A stretch of DNA of 64,000 nt from an uncultured delta proteobacterium (GTDB lineage: Bacteria > Myxococcota > UBA727 > VGSZ01), in NCBI GenBank assembly GCA_963775425.1, contig CAVZJB010000012.1, positions 64,001-128,000 on the forward strand, given 5' to 3'. The position numbers and the translations under genes are program-made. The notes below the pieces were generated by a model. It did no database searches and was not told the origin of the DNA. It was given only the letters and a program-made list of their open reading frames with translations. This document shows positions 42,717 to 51,684 of the stretch, one piece after another (within the stretch, counting starts at the first letter, position 1; each line of letters begins with the position of its first letter).

Positions 42717-43562
42717 ATGGCCATCCGCGGCTTCACCGGGAACGACAGCCTCAGCCCCAAGCCCTCGCGGCTGCCCGTCGACGTGCGGCCCGCGCTGCCG
42801 CCGCGCGACCTCCACAAGGGGGACCTCATGCCGGACGTGGGGGTCAACACCCCCGGATCCGGCAACGACACGCTCTTCCCGACCCGCCCCGTGACGGATC
42901 CGCCGCTGCCCGGGGAGACCCCGCCGGGCGACACGAACCCGGGCGGGACGCTGGATCCCCCGATCGTGCGTCCGCCCCTCGACCCGCCGGGCGGCACCGG
43001 TGACCCGCCCGCGCGCCCGCCCTTCCAGCCCCCGACGACCGAGCCGCCCCCGGTGATCCACACGGCGCCGCCCCCGCAGGCGCAGCAGCTCGCGGCCCCG
43101 CCGCAGAAGCTCGGGCCGCTCGGCGCGCTCGAGAAGCGCTTCGACGGCACCGCGGCCAACCTCGAAGGCGAGCGCCTCTTGAAGCAGCTCGGCCTTCACC
43201 CCGGCACCGTGGACAAGCACCTCACCGCCAACACCGTCGTCGCGGTGAAGCAGTTCCAGAAGTCCGTGGGCCTCAAGCCCACGGGCGCGCTCGACGCGCA
43301 CACGTTGAAGGCGATGCGCAAGGCCGCCAGGCTGAAGCACAAAGGCGTCCAGGCGCGCGGTCAGCACAGCAAGGCCATCAAGGCCACCGAGCGCCGCTTG
43401 AAGCACCTCGGCTACAAGGTCGGCAAGGTCGACGGCACCTTCGACAAGAAGACCGCCGAGGCCGTGCGCGAGTTCAAGAAGGACGAGGGCATGAAGGTGC
43501 GGCGCGGCATCCTCGGCGCGCACGGCCGCAAGCTCCTCGCCGAGGAAGCGAAGAACAACTGA
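42717..43562 (+). CDS. Pro-rich peptidoglycan-binding domain protein, no catalytic domain seen
   Basis: Two PG-binding repeats closely similar to the divergent neighbour. Confidence 0.82.
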   Translation: MAIRGFTGNDSLSPKPSRLPVDVRPALPPRDLHKGDLMPDVGVNTPGSGNDTLFPTRPVTDPPLPGETPPGDTNPGGTLDPPIVRPPLDPPGGTGDPPARPPFQPPTTEPPPVIHTAPPPQAQQLAAPPQKLGPLGALEKRFDGTAANLEGERLLKQLGLHPGTVDKHLTANTVVAVKQFQKSVGLKPTGALDAHTLKAMRKAARLKHKGVQARGQHSKAIKATERRLKHLGYKVGKVDGTFDKKTAEAVREFKKDEGMKVRRGILGAHGRKLLAEEAKNN

Positions 43563-43565
43563 CGC

Positions 43566-44396
43566 ATGCGCGTCCTCGCTGTCATCGTCGTGCTCATCGC
43601 GCCCCTCGCGTGCCCCGCGCCCGCGGCCGGCGAAGGTGAAGGCGAGGGCGAAGGCGAAGGCGGGCCCGACGTCGACGAGAGCGAGCCCAACGACGGCGCC
43701 ACCGACACCGAAGTGAACGACCTCGCCGTGGGCGCGATCATGCACGGCGCCATCGGCAGCGCGTCCGACGTCGACATCTTCCGTGTCGACACCACGCCGG
43801 GCGCGCTCTACCGCGTGACCCTCGACGTCCCCGCGGGCTCGCCGCTCGATGGCCACCTCACCGTGCTCGACGCCGGCCGCGGCGGCGGCGCGCCCGGCGC
43901 GGACTACGTGCGTCTGGAGCGCGCCCCCGACGGCCCGACGGCGGCGCTGTCGTTCCTCGCGTTCGGCGAGGGCGGACATCTGGTGGTGGTGCGCGACGCG
44001 CGCGCCGTCGACGGAGCCCCCGAGGGCGGCGCCGCATACACCTACGCCCTCACCGTCGGCGAGGTCGCGCCCGCGCCCGCGACGCTCGCGTTCCCGGGCA
44101 CGTTGAGCGACGCGCTCGACGACGTCGGCGGCGTGAAGCTCTACGCGTTCACCGCGAACGCCAACGCCGACTTCACCGTGGACCTCAGCGCCGACGGGGA
44201 CCTCGACGCGCGCCTGTTCGTCTACGCCGACAGCGAGCGGGACTGGGTGGCGCGCAACGACGACCGCTCCGCGGGCGACGTGAACCCCTTGCTCGACGCG
44301 TTCTTCCCCGTCGGCGGCTCGATGCTGCTCGTGGTGGAGAGCGCCGCCGAGAGCGCGACGGACCTCGGCTACACCCTCACGACGACGGGGAACTGA
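43566..44396 (+). CDS. Lipoprotein with GE linker and PPC-like domains
   Basis: 'PLACP' lipobox, GEGEGE, 'ESEPND', 'DVDIFRV', 'ARNDD'. Confidence 0.75.
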   Translation: MRVLAVIVVLIAPLACPAPAAGEGEGEGEGEGGPDVDESEPNDGATDTEVNDLAVGAIMHGAIGSASDVDIFRVDTTPGALYRVTLDVPAGSPLDGHLTVLDAGRGGGAPGADYVRLERAPDGPTAALSFLAFGEGGHLVVVRDARAVDGAPEGGAAYTYALTVGEVAPAPATLAFPGTLSDALDDVGGVKLYAFTANANADFTVDLSADGDLDARLFVYADSERDWVARNDDRSAGDVNPLLDAFFPVGGSMLLVVESAAESATDLGYTLTTTGN

Positions 44397-45651
44397 CGGG
44401 CTCGGGCGTCGGCGGGGTCCGCCTGCCGAGCGCCACGCGCAGCGCCGGCGGCGTGATGATGGTGGTCAGGATGACCATGATGACGATGGCGGAGAACACC
44501 GAGGGCGTGACGACGGCGACGCCGCCCACGGTCATGGTGAGGCCGACATTGGCGAAGATGAGGCCGACCTCGCCGCGCGGGATCATGCCGACGCCGATGG
44601 TGAAGCGGCTCAGCCGCGAGGCGTCCTTGGGCTTGAGCGCCGTCAAGCTGCAGAGCTGCTTGCCGACGACGACCGCGAGGGTGAGGAGCGCGGCGAGCGC
44701 AAGGATGCCGGGGTCGGCGAAGACGGTGAGGTCGGTCTTCATGCCCATGAGCACGAAGAACACGGGCACGAAGATGGAGCTGATGGGCGCCACCAGCTCC
44801 TCGAGCTTCTGCTCGCCGCGGGTGGTGAAGTCCACGTAGTGGATGTCCTCGAGGATGAGGCCGGCGGCGAAGGCGCCCACCAGCGGGGCGAGGCCGATCG
44901 CGTCCGCGGCCCACGCGAGCACGAAGCAGATGGACAGGCCGGTGGCGAGGAGCACGCTGCGCGCGCGCAGCTTGGACGCGAGCTGGAAGAAGCGGCGCGA
45001 CAGCAGGACGCCGAGCGCGATGGCGCCGATGAGGAACACCGCAGCCTTGACGACGACGAAGCTGATGGAGAGCGCCGACGGGCTCACGCCGGTGTCTGCG
45101 GCGGCGATGAGACCCGAGACCACGGCGAGCAGGATGAGGCCCTGCACGTCGTCGATGACCGCGGCGCCGAGCACCACGCGTGCCTCGGTGGTGTTGATGG
45201 CGGAGAGGTCCTTCAGCACGCGTGCCGTGATGCCGACGCTGGTGGGGCAGAGGGCGGCCGCGATGAAGACGTTCGCGTAAAACGAGCTGTGCGGCAGCAG
45301 CAAGATGCACACGACGTAGCCGAGCCCGAAGGTGGTGATGACGCCGACGGTGGCCACCAGCAGCGCCGAGAGCCCGACCTTCATCATCTGCGAGACGGTG
45401 GACTCGAGGCCCACTTCGAACAGCAGGATGATCACGCCGAGGCGCGCGAAGATGTCGAGCGTCTGATCGGTGCCGATGGCGGTGAAGGCGTCGATGCCCG
45501 CGAGGTGGAGGTTGCCGATGACGACGCCTGCGAGCAGCTCGCCGAGCACCGGCGGCTGTTTGAGGCGCACCGCGATGTCGCCGCCGAGCTTGGCGCACCC
45601 GAGGATGATCGCGAGGTAGAGGACGAGGACGGCGACGGGGTCGTGATGCAC
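44377..45651 (-). CDS. Cation:proton antiporter (CPA2/Na+/H+ exchanger)
   Basis: 'PPVLGELLAG', 'LLFEVGLES', 'TSVGITARVL', 'GAAVIDD', 'GMIPRGEV'. Confidence 0.93.
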   Translation of the reverse strand: MHHDPVAVLVLYLAIILGCAKLGGDIAVRLKQPPVLGELLAGVVIGNLHLAGIDAFTAIGTDQTLDIFARLGVIILLFEVGLESTVSQMMKVGLSALLVATVGVITTFGLGYVVCILLLPHSSFYANVFIAAALCPTSVGITARVLKDLSAINTTEARVVLGAAVIDDVQGLILLAVVSGLIAAADTGVSPSALSISFVVVKAAVFLIGAIALGVLLSRRFFQLASKLRARSVLLATGLSICFVLAWAADAIGLAPLVGAFAAGLILEDIHYVDFTTRGEQKLEELVAPISSIFVPVFFVLMGMKTDLTVFADPGILALAALLTLAVVVGKQLCSLTALKPKDASRLSRFTIGVGMIPRGEVGLIFANVGLTMTVGGVAVVTPSVFSAIVIMVILTTIITPPALRVALGRRTPPTPEPVSSPSS

Positions 45652-45729
45652 GCGTCGACCGTACCAGAGGTCCGCCCGCACGCGCGCGTGAGCGCTCCGA
45701 CGGCGCCGCCGGTGACGACTCGCGCGCCT

Positions 45730-47430
45730 TCAGGGCGCGAGGCCGCCGGGGGCGACGAAGCTGACGTCGCCGGCGTCGGGGATGGCGCCGCCGTCGAGCA
45801 TGTCGAGCAGGCCCGCGTCCTGGAGCAGCGACGCGTCCTCGGGGCGCACGGCGGCGGCGCGCACGCGGCCGGGCGACATCTCCTTCACCTCGAGGACGAG
45901 CGGGAGAGCGGTGGTGAGCGCGCGCCCCTGCAGCGCCTCGGCAAGCGCGGCGGCGTCCTTGTCCTCGACGTGGAGCACCGCGCGTTCGCGCGAGTAGACG
46001 ACGAGGGTGGAGGCCGGCAGCGCGTCCTTCAGCGCTTCGAAGGCGACGAACGTGGGCACGCCGTCGAGCTCGACGTCGACGCCCGTGCGCTCCGCCACGA
46101 CGCCGGCGTCGCCGGGGCTCGCGGCGACGCCGGCGTCGGATGAAGCGCCGAGGTCGCGCCACCAGCCCGGCCTGGTCACGGTGGCGACGAGGAGCGCTCC
46201 CGCGACGGCCGCCAGGAGCGCGCCGGCGGCGAGCCGTCCCCACGACGACGGCGGCGGCGCCGGCGCGAGCGACGACGGCGCGGGCGGCGACGGCAGCGAC
46301 GGCGCGGGCGACGACGCGTGCGGGGGAGAGGGCGCGGGCGACGACGGCGCGGGCGACGACGGCGCGTCCGGGGGAGACGGCGCGTCCGGGGGAGACGGCG
46401 CGTCCGGGGGAGACGGCGCGTCCGGGGGAGACGGCGCGACCACCGGCGATGCCGCCGCGCGCCGCTCGTCGACGGTGCGCGCCGGCGCCGCCGCCGGGGC
46501 CGACAGCGCCGCCGGCGGCGCGGCGCGCGCGCCCTCGGGCGAGAGGCGCGCGGCCTTGAGGGACGCGATGGCGTCGATGACCACCTGCGCGCTCGCGGGG
46601 CGATCCTCGGGGTCGCGCGCCATCAGCGATTGCACGAGCGCGGCGGCCTCGGGCGAGACGTCCACGAGCGCGCCCGCGAGCGACGGCGGCGCCTCGTTGA
46701 GCTGGCGCACGACGACCTTCATCGGCGTCGGCGCGGGGAACGGGTGCTCGCCGGCGAGCAGCTCGTGCCAGAGCACGCCGAGCGCGTACAGGTCCTGGCG
46801 CGGGCTCTCCGGCGCTCCCTCGGTCGCCTCCGGCGCCGTGTACCCCGGCGTCCCCACGAAGCCGCCCTCGCGCGTGAGGTGCTCGTCGATGAGGTCGGGG
46901 TCGTGCGGCTTGGCGAGCCCGAAGTCGAGCACCTTGGCCGCCACCGCCCCCGTCGTCGTCGCGCTCTGCCGGGGGAGGATGACGTTGTCGGGCTTGAGGT
47001 CCCGGTGGACGACGCCCGCGGCGTGCGCGCGCGCGAGCGCCGAAGCGACGGCCTCGATGATGGGCAGCGTCTCCGCGAACGTGAAGCGCTTCTTGCGCTT
47101 GAGCGCGGCGCGCAGCACCTCGCCGTCGACGAACTCCATGGCGAGGAACAGCGAGCCGTCCTCGGTGCGGCCGAAGTCGTGCACGGTGACGATGCATGGG
47201 TGCCCAAGCGACGACACCGCCTTGGCTTCACGCTCGAAGCGCTTCTGCATCACCGGGTCGGCGGCGGCGTCGCGCCGGATGATCTTGAGCGCCACCGTGC
47301 GCCCCAGGCCCTCCTGCACGGCCTGGTACACGACGCCCATTCCGCCCCGTGCGATTTTGCGCATCACCGTGTAGCGACCGGCGACGGTGCTGCCGAGCAA
47401 CGGGTCTGGCCCCTCGACCTTGGTGTCCAT
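45730..47430 (-). CDS. Serine/threonine protein kinase with Pro-rich linker and TM segment
   Basis: GGMGVVY, VALK, HRDLKPDN, DFG, GTPGYTAPE. Confidence 0.93.
   Translation of the reverse strand: MDTKVEGPDPLLGSTVAGRYTVMRKIARGGMGVVYQAVQEGLGRTVALKIIRRDAAADPVMQKRFEREAKAVSSLGHPCIVTVHDFGRTEDGSLFLAMEFVDGEVLRAALKRKKRFTFAETLPIIEAVASALARAHAAGVVHRDLKPDNVILPRQSATTTGAVAAKVLDFGLAKPHDPDLIDEHLTREGGFVGTPGYTAPEATEGAPESPRQDLYALGVLWHELLAGEHPFPAPTPMKVVVRQLNEAPPSLAGALVDVSPEAAALVQSLMARDPEDRPASAQVVIDAIASLKAARLSPEGARAAPPAALSAPAAAPARTVDERRAAASPVVAPSPPDAPSPPDAPSPPDAPSPPDAPSSPAPSSPAPSPPHASSPAPSLPSPPAPSSLAPAPPPSSWGRLAAGALLAAVAGALLVATVTRPGWWRDLGASSDAGVAASPGDAGVVAERTGVDVELDGVPTFVAFEALKDALPASTLVVYSRERAVLHVEDKDAAALAEALQGRALTTALPLVLEVKEMSPGRVRAAAVRPEDASLLQDAGLLDMLDGGAIPDAGDVSFVAPGGLAP
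46367..46438. repeat. 18-bp coding tandem repeat (~4 copies, encoding SPPDAP) in the kinase linker
   Basis: GGCGCGTCCGGGGGAGAC units visible; ends approximate. Confidence 0.75.
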
Positions 47431-47524
47431 GCGGCGCACACGATAGCCCAGCGCGGCGCGGAGGCAGCGTCGCCCGGAAACGGCGCGCGCCGCGGGCGCT
47501 CGACGGATATGCAACAATCGCCCT

Positions 47525-48658
47525 GTGCGCGTGCTCGTTCCGGCGCTGTGGGCGATCGTGCTCGGCGGCTCGTCGGGCTGCTCCCCCGCTCCGCTCGCGT
47601 GCGCCGGCGCCGGGGACTGCCCCGCGGATCACCCGGTGTGCGCCGCGGACGTCTGCGTGGCCGCCGGCGCCTCCGAGGGAGACAGCGAGGGAGACGGCGA
47701 GGGGGACGGCGAGGGGGACGGCGAGGGCGACGGCGAGGGAGACGGCGAGCCCTGTCCCGGCGACCGCGACGGCGACGGCTTCGGCTCCGGCTGCCCGCTC
47801 GGCGACGACTGCGACGACGCCGACGCCACCGTGCACGCCCTCCTCGTCGTCGCCGCCGACGGCGACGGCGACGGCGTCACCACGGGCGAGCCCAAGAGCG
47901 TCTGCACCGACGGCACGCCCCCCGCGGGCTACGCGCTGCAAAAGGGCGACGACTGCAACGACACGGACGCGCTCGTCTTCACCCGCGTCACCGCGGCCGC
48001 TGACGCGGACGGCGACGGCGTCACCGCCGGCGCGCCCGTCACGCTGTGCACCGACGGCACGCTCCCCGACGGCTTCGCCGCGCCCAACCCCGAGGACTGC
48101 GACGACACCGACCCGAGCGTCTTCACCGCCGTCAGCGCCGCCACCGACGCCGACGGCGACCTGGTCACCTTCGGCCCCGCGAAGAGCCTCTGCACCGACG
48201 GCTCCATCCCCGCCGGGTTCGCGCCGCCGAACGGGCAGGACTGCGACGAGACCAACCCCGCGGTGTCGACGGGCTGCGGTACGTGCACCACGCGCCCCTT
48301 GGGCGGGCGCACCTTCGTCGCGTGCAGCGACGCGCGCGACCACGGGCCGGCGCAGACGGCGTGCCACGGGCACGGCGCCGGCTTTCAGCTCGCGTCGATC
48401 CACTCCGCCGACGAGGCCGCGTTCGTCACCGAGACGCTGGCGCAGCTCGGCCTCACCAACCGCGTGTGGATCGGGCTGAGCGAGGGCCCCGAGCGCTGGG
48501 ACGACGGCTCTCCCTTCGACTTCTCCGGCTTCCCCGGCGGCGCCGGCAGCGGCACCAACGGCGCCGAGAACTGCGTCAACATCACCGGCACCACCACGTG
48601 GGACGACGACGACTGCAGCGGGCACCAGTTCCCGTACTTGTGCGCGACGCCTCCCTGA
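47525..48658 (+). CDS. Lipoprotein with D.DGDG/DCDD metal-binding repeats and C-terminal C-type lectin domain
   Basis: Repeated 'D.DGDG...C...DCDDTD'; lectin 'LASIHSADE...VWIGL...W.DGS...ENCV...WDDDDC...YLC'. Confidence 0.85.
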   Translation: MRVLVPALWAIVLGGSSGCSPAPLACAGAGDCPADHPVCAADVCVAAGASEGDSEGDGEGDGEGDGEGDGEGDGEPCPGDRDGDGFGSGCPLGDDCDDADATVHALLVVAADGDGDGVTTGEPKSVCTDGTPPAGYALQKGDDCNDTDALVFTRVTAAADADGDGVTAGAPVTLCTDGTLPDGFAAPNPEDCDDTDPSVFTAVSAATDADGDLVTFGPAKSLCTDGSIPAGFAPPNGQDCDETNPAVSTGCGTCTTRPLGGRTFVACSDARDHGPAQTACHGHGAGFQLASIHSADEAAFVTETLAQLGLTNRVWIGLSEGPERWDDGSPFDFSGFPGGAGSGTNGAENCVNITGTTTWDDDDCSGHQFPYLCATPP

Positions 48659-48941
48659 AGAGCCGGCAGAAAATCGGGCGCGGCCTTCGGGCGCCGGCCC
48701 ATCGCTGGTCACGGGGCGTCGGTCGGCGGGCAGCGGTTGCAGGAGGCGCCGGATGCATCACGACAACACACGGATCCACGCGAGGTCGCTGGAGCTCATC
48801 CGCGTCGTCGCGATGTCGCCCGAAGCCGACGCCTGACGACCGCGCCCGCGAACCGATTACCGGCGACCGATCGCCGATTCGCTGCCACCCCTTGAGTCAC
48901 GCCGCGTGCGCGGCCGCACACCGCCGTGTTAAAGCACGCGC

Positions 48942-50174
48942 ATGGCGTCGTCGGAGCTGACATCGAAGAGCGGGCGCGCGTGGTTCCTCGTCGTGGTGGC
49001 GGCGCTCGGCTACTTCGTCGACATCTACGACCTGCTGCTGTTCGGCATCGTCAGGAACCCCTCGCTCATCGACCTCGGCGTCCCCAAGGCCGAGCTCCTC
49101 GACAAGGGCGTGACGCTGTTGAACGCGCAGATGGGCGGCCTGCTCATCGGCGGCATCCTGTGGGGCATCCTCGGCGACAAGCGCGGGCGCTTGAGCGTCT
49201 TGTTCGCCTCTATCTTCCTGTACAGCGCCGCCAACATCGCCAACGGCTTCGTCACCAGCGTCGGCCTCTACGCCCTGCTGCGCTTCCTCGCCGGCGTCGG
49301 CCTCGCCGGTGAGCTCGGCGCGGGCATCACCATCGTCAGCGAGACCATCCCCAAGGAGCTGCGCAGCGTGGCCACCGCCCTCGTCGCCGCCGTCGGCATC
49401 GCCGGCGCCGTCTGCGCGGCCTTCGTCGGCGACCTCACCGGATGGCGCGTGGCGTACTTCGTCGGCGGCGGCCTCGGCGTGGTGCTGTTGCTCTTGCGGG
49501 TGGGCGCGTTCGAGTCGGGGCTGTTCGCGCGCGTGAAGAGCCTGTCGGTGTCGCGCGGGAACTTCGCGATGCTGTTTTCCACGCCGGACCGTTTGCGGCG
49601 CTATGCGTGCGTGGTGCTGGTGGCGCTGCCCATCTGGTACGCGGTGGGCATCCCGGTGCTCCTGTCGCCGGAGATCGGCAAGGCCATGGGGATGACCGAG
49701 GTGCCCAAGGCCGGCACCGCCATCCTCGTGTGCTACGCCGCGCTCGTCGTCGGCGACCTCGGCAGCGGCCTGCTGTCGCACGTGATGAAGACCCGCAAGC
49801 GCGTGCTCGCCATCTTCGTGGCGCTCACGGCGGTGGCGGTGATCGTGTACTTCCTCGCCGCGGGGACCTCGCTCACGGTGTTCTACGGGTGCTGTGCGTT
49901 CATCGGCCTCGCCACCGGCTATTGGGCGGTGTTCATGTCCACGGCGGCGGAGCAGTTCGGCACCAACCTGCGCGCCACGGCGACCACCACGGCGCCGAAC
50001 TTCGTGCGCGGCATGCTGGTCCCGATGACCCTGAGCTTCAAGGCGCTCAAGCCGTCGCTCGGCGTCATCGAGGCCGCGGCGGTCACCGGCGCCGTCGTGT
50101 TCATCATCGCCGGCGTGGCGTTGGCGTTCCTCGACGAGACCTTCGGCCGCGACCTCGACTTCCTCGAAGAGTGA
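48942..50174 (+). CDS. MFS transporter
   Basis: 'ALGYFVDIYDL', 'GILGDKRGR', 'GLAGELG', 'EQFGTNLRAT'. Confidence 0.92.
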   Translation: MASSELTSKSGRAWFLVVVAALGYFVDIYDLLLFGIVRNPSLIDLGVPKAELLDKGVTLLNAQMGGLLIGGILWGILGDKRGRLSVLFASIFLYSAANIANGFVTSVGLYALLRFLAGVGLAGELGAGITIVSETIPKELRSVATALVAAVGIAGAVCAAFVGDLTGWRVAYFVGGGLGVVLLLLRVGAFESGLFARVKSLSVSRGNFAMLFSTPDRLRRYACVVLVALPIWYAVGIPVLLSPEIGKAMGMTEVPKAGTAILVCYAALVVGDLGSGLLSHVMKTRKRVLAIFVALTAVAVIVYFLAAGTSLTVFYGCCAFIGLATGYWAVFMSTAAEQFGTNLRATATTTAPNFVRGMLVPMTLSFKALKPSLGVIEAAAVTGAVVFIIAGVALAFLDETFGRDLDFLEE

Positions 50175-50181
50175 CGCGCGC

Positions 50182-50589
50182 TCAGCGGCGCGGGGTGGCG
50201 CGCTTGCGCGTCGGCGCCGGCGTCGGCGTCGACGCGGCCGGCGGCGCGCCCGACAGGGGGACGAGGTGCTCTTCGAGGAGCTCGAGGGCCTCGAGCGAGC
50301 GATCGAGCTCGCGTTGCGCGCTGCTCTCGACGCCGTCGCGCACGGCGAGCGGGTGGAGCGCGCGGGCGCGGGCGCGATACGCCTCGCGGACGTCGGCGAG
50401 GGTGGCGTCGCCGGCGAGGCCGAGGGCGGCGTAGGCGCCGGCGAGGTCGAGCGGGGGCCCGCTGAAAGCGAGCTCGTCGGGGCCGCTCCCCGCGCGAGCG
50501 TCGTCGTCGTCGCGCGGGTCGCCGAAGGTCTCCTTCAGCTTGTCGCGCAACGCTTCGCCGGCGCCGAGGACCTTGTCGAGGATCGCCAT
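50182..50589 (-). CDS. Small J-domain-like protein lacking the HPD motif
   Basis: 'AYAALGL..DATLADVREAYRARARALHPL'. Confidence 0.6.
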   Translation of the reverse strand: MAILDKVLGAGEALRDKLKETFGDPRDDDDARAGSGPDELAFSGPPLDLAGAYAALGLAGDATLADVREAYRARARALHPLAVRDGVESSAQRELDRSLEALELLEEHLVPLSGAPPAASTPTPAPTRKRATPRR

Positions 50590-50616
50590 TGCGTCAGCCT
50601 CCCAGGGCGCCGCCCG

Positions 50617-51684
50617 TCATGACCCGAAGAACGCGCGCACGCTGGCCCAGTCCGACTGCGCGACGACGGCGACGGCGGTGACGGCGAGGTTGATGAGGCC
50701 GAGCGGGATGAGCCACGACCACGAGAAGCGCATGAGCTGGTCGTAGCGCAGCCGCGGGATGGTGGCGCGCACCCAGACGAAGAGGAACAGGAAGAAGATG
50801 ACGCCGAGGAGCACCCACCACGGCCCCGGCAGGAAGCCGAAGGGGCCGCCCCAACCGCCGAGGAACAGCGTTGTGCACACCGCGCTCACCGTGATCATGC
50901 CCATGTACTCGGACATCATGAACATGCCGAAGCGGAAGCCCGAGTACTCGGTGTGAAAGCCCGCGACGAGCTCGGTGTCGGCCTCGACGAGGTCGAACGG
51001 CGCGCGGTTGGTCTCGGCGAACATGCCGACGACGAACAGGAAGAAGCCCACCGGCTGCAACAGCACCAACGGCACGTGGTGCGCGTACTGCCACTCGACG
51101 ATGCCGCGCAGCGACATCTGGCCGGTGATCATCACCACGCCCACGAGCGACATGCCGAGCACGATCTCGTAGCTCACGAGCTGCGCCGCGCCGCGCAGCG
51201 CGCCCAGCAGCGAGTACTTGCTGCCCGACGACCAGCCGCCGATGACGATGCCGTACACACCGAGCGAAGCGACGCCGAGCAGGTAGAGCACGCCGACGTT
51301 GAGGTCGGCGATCCACATCTGCACGGTGCCGATGCCGGGGATCGAAAACCGCGGCCCCACCGGCACCACCGCGAACGCGGCCATGGCCGCGAACACCGAG
51401 ATGGCCGGCGCGAGCTGATGGAGGAAGCGGTCCGCGGTGCTCGGGACCGTGTCTTCCTTGAAGAAGAGCTTGATGCCGTCGGCGATGGGCTGGAACAGGC
51501 CGAACGGGCCGGCGCGGTTGGGGCCCTTTCTCACCTGCATCAGCGAGATGACGCGGCGCTCGAACAGCGTGGTGTACGCCACCGCCGTCAACAGCGCGAC
51601 GATGAACACCAGCGACAACACGACGAAGTAGACCCAGTTGGCGAGGCTGAAGCCGAGGATCTGGGTCTCGTAGAACCAGCTCAT
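50617..51684 (-). CDS. nuoH: NADH-quinone oxidoreductase subunit H
   Basis: 'ERR...Q.RKGPNRAGPFGLFQPIADGIKLFFKED', 'AETNRAPFDL.EA..ELVAGFHTEYSG', 'PRLRYDQLM'. Confidence 0.96.
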   Translation of the reverse strand: MSWFYETQILGFSLANWVYFVVLSLVFIVALLTAVAYTTLFERRVISLMQVRKGPNRAGPFGLFQPIADGIKLFFKEDTVPSTADRFLHQLAPAISVFAAMAAFAVVPVGPRFSIPGIGTVQMWIADLNVGVLYLLGVASLGVYGIVIGGWSSGSKYSLLGALRGAAQLVSYEIVLGMSLVGVVMITGQMSLRGIVEWQYAHHVPLVLLQPVGFFLFVVGMFAETNRAPFDLVEADTELVAGFHTEYSGFRFGMFMMSEYMGMITVSAVCTTLFLGGWGGPFGFLPGPWWVLLGVIFFLFLFVWVRATIPRLRYDQLMRFSWSWLIPLGLINLAVTAVAVVAQSDWASVRAFFGS

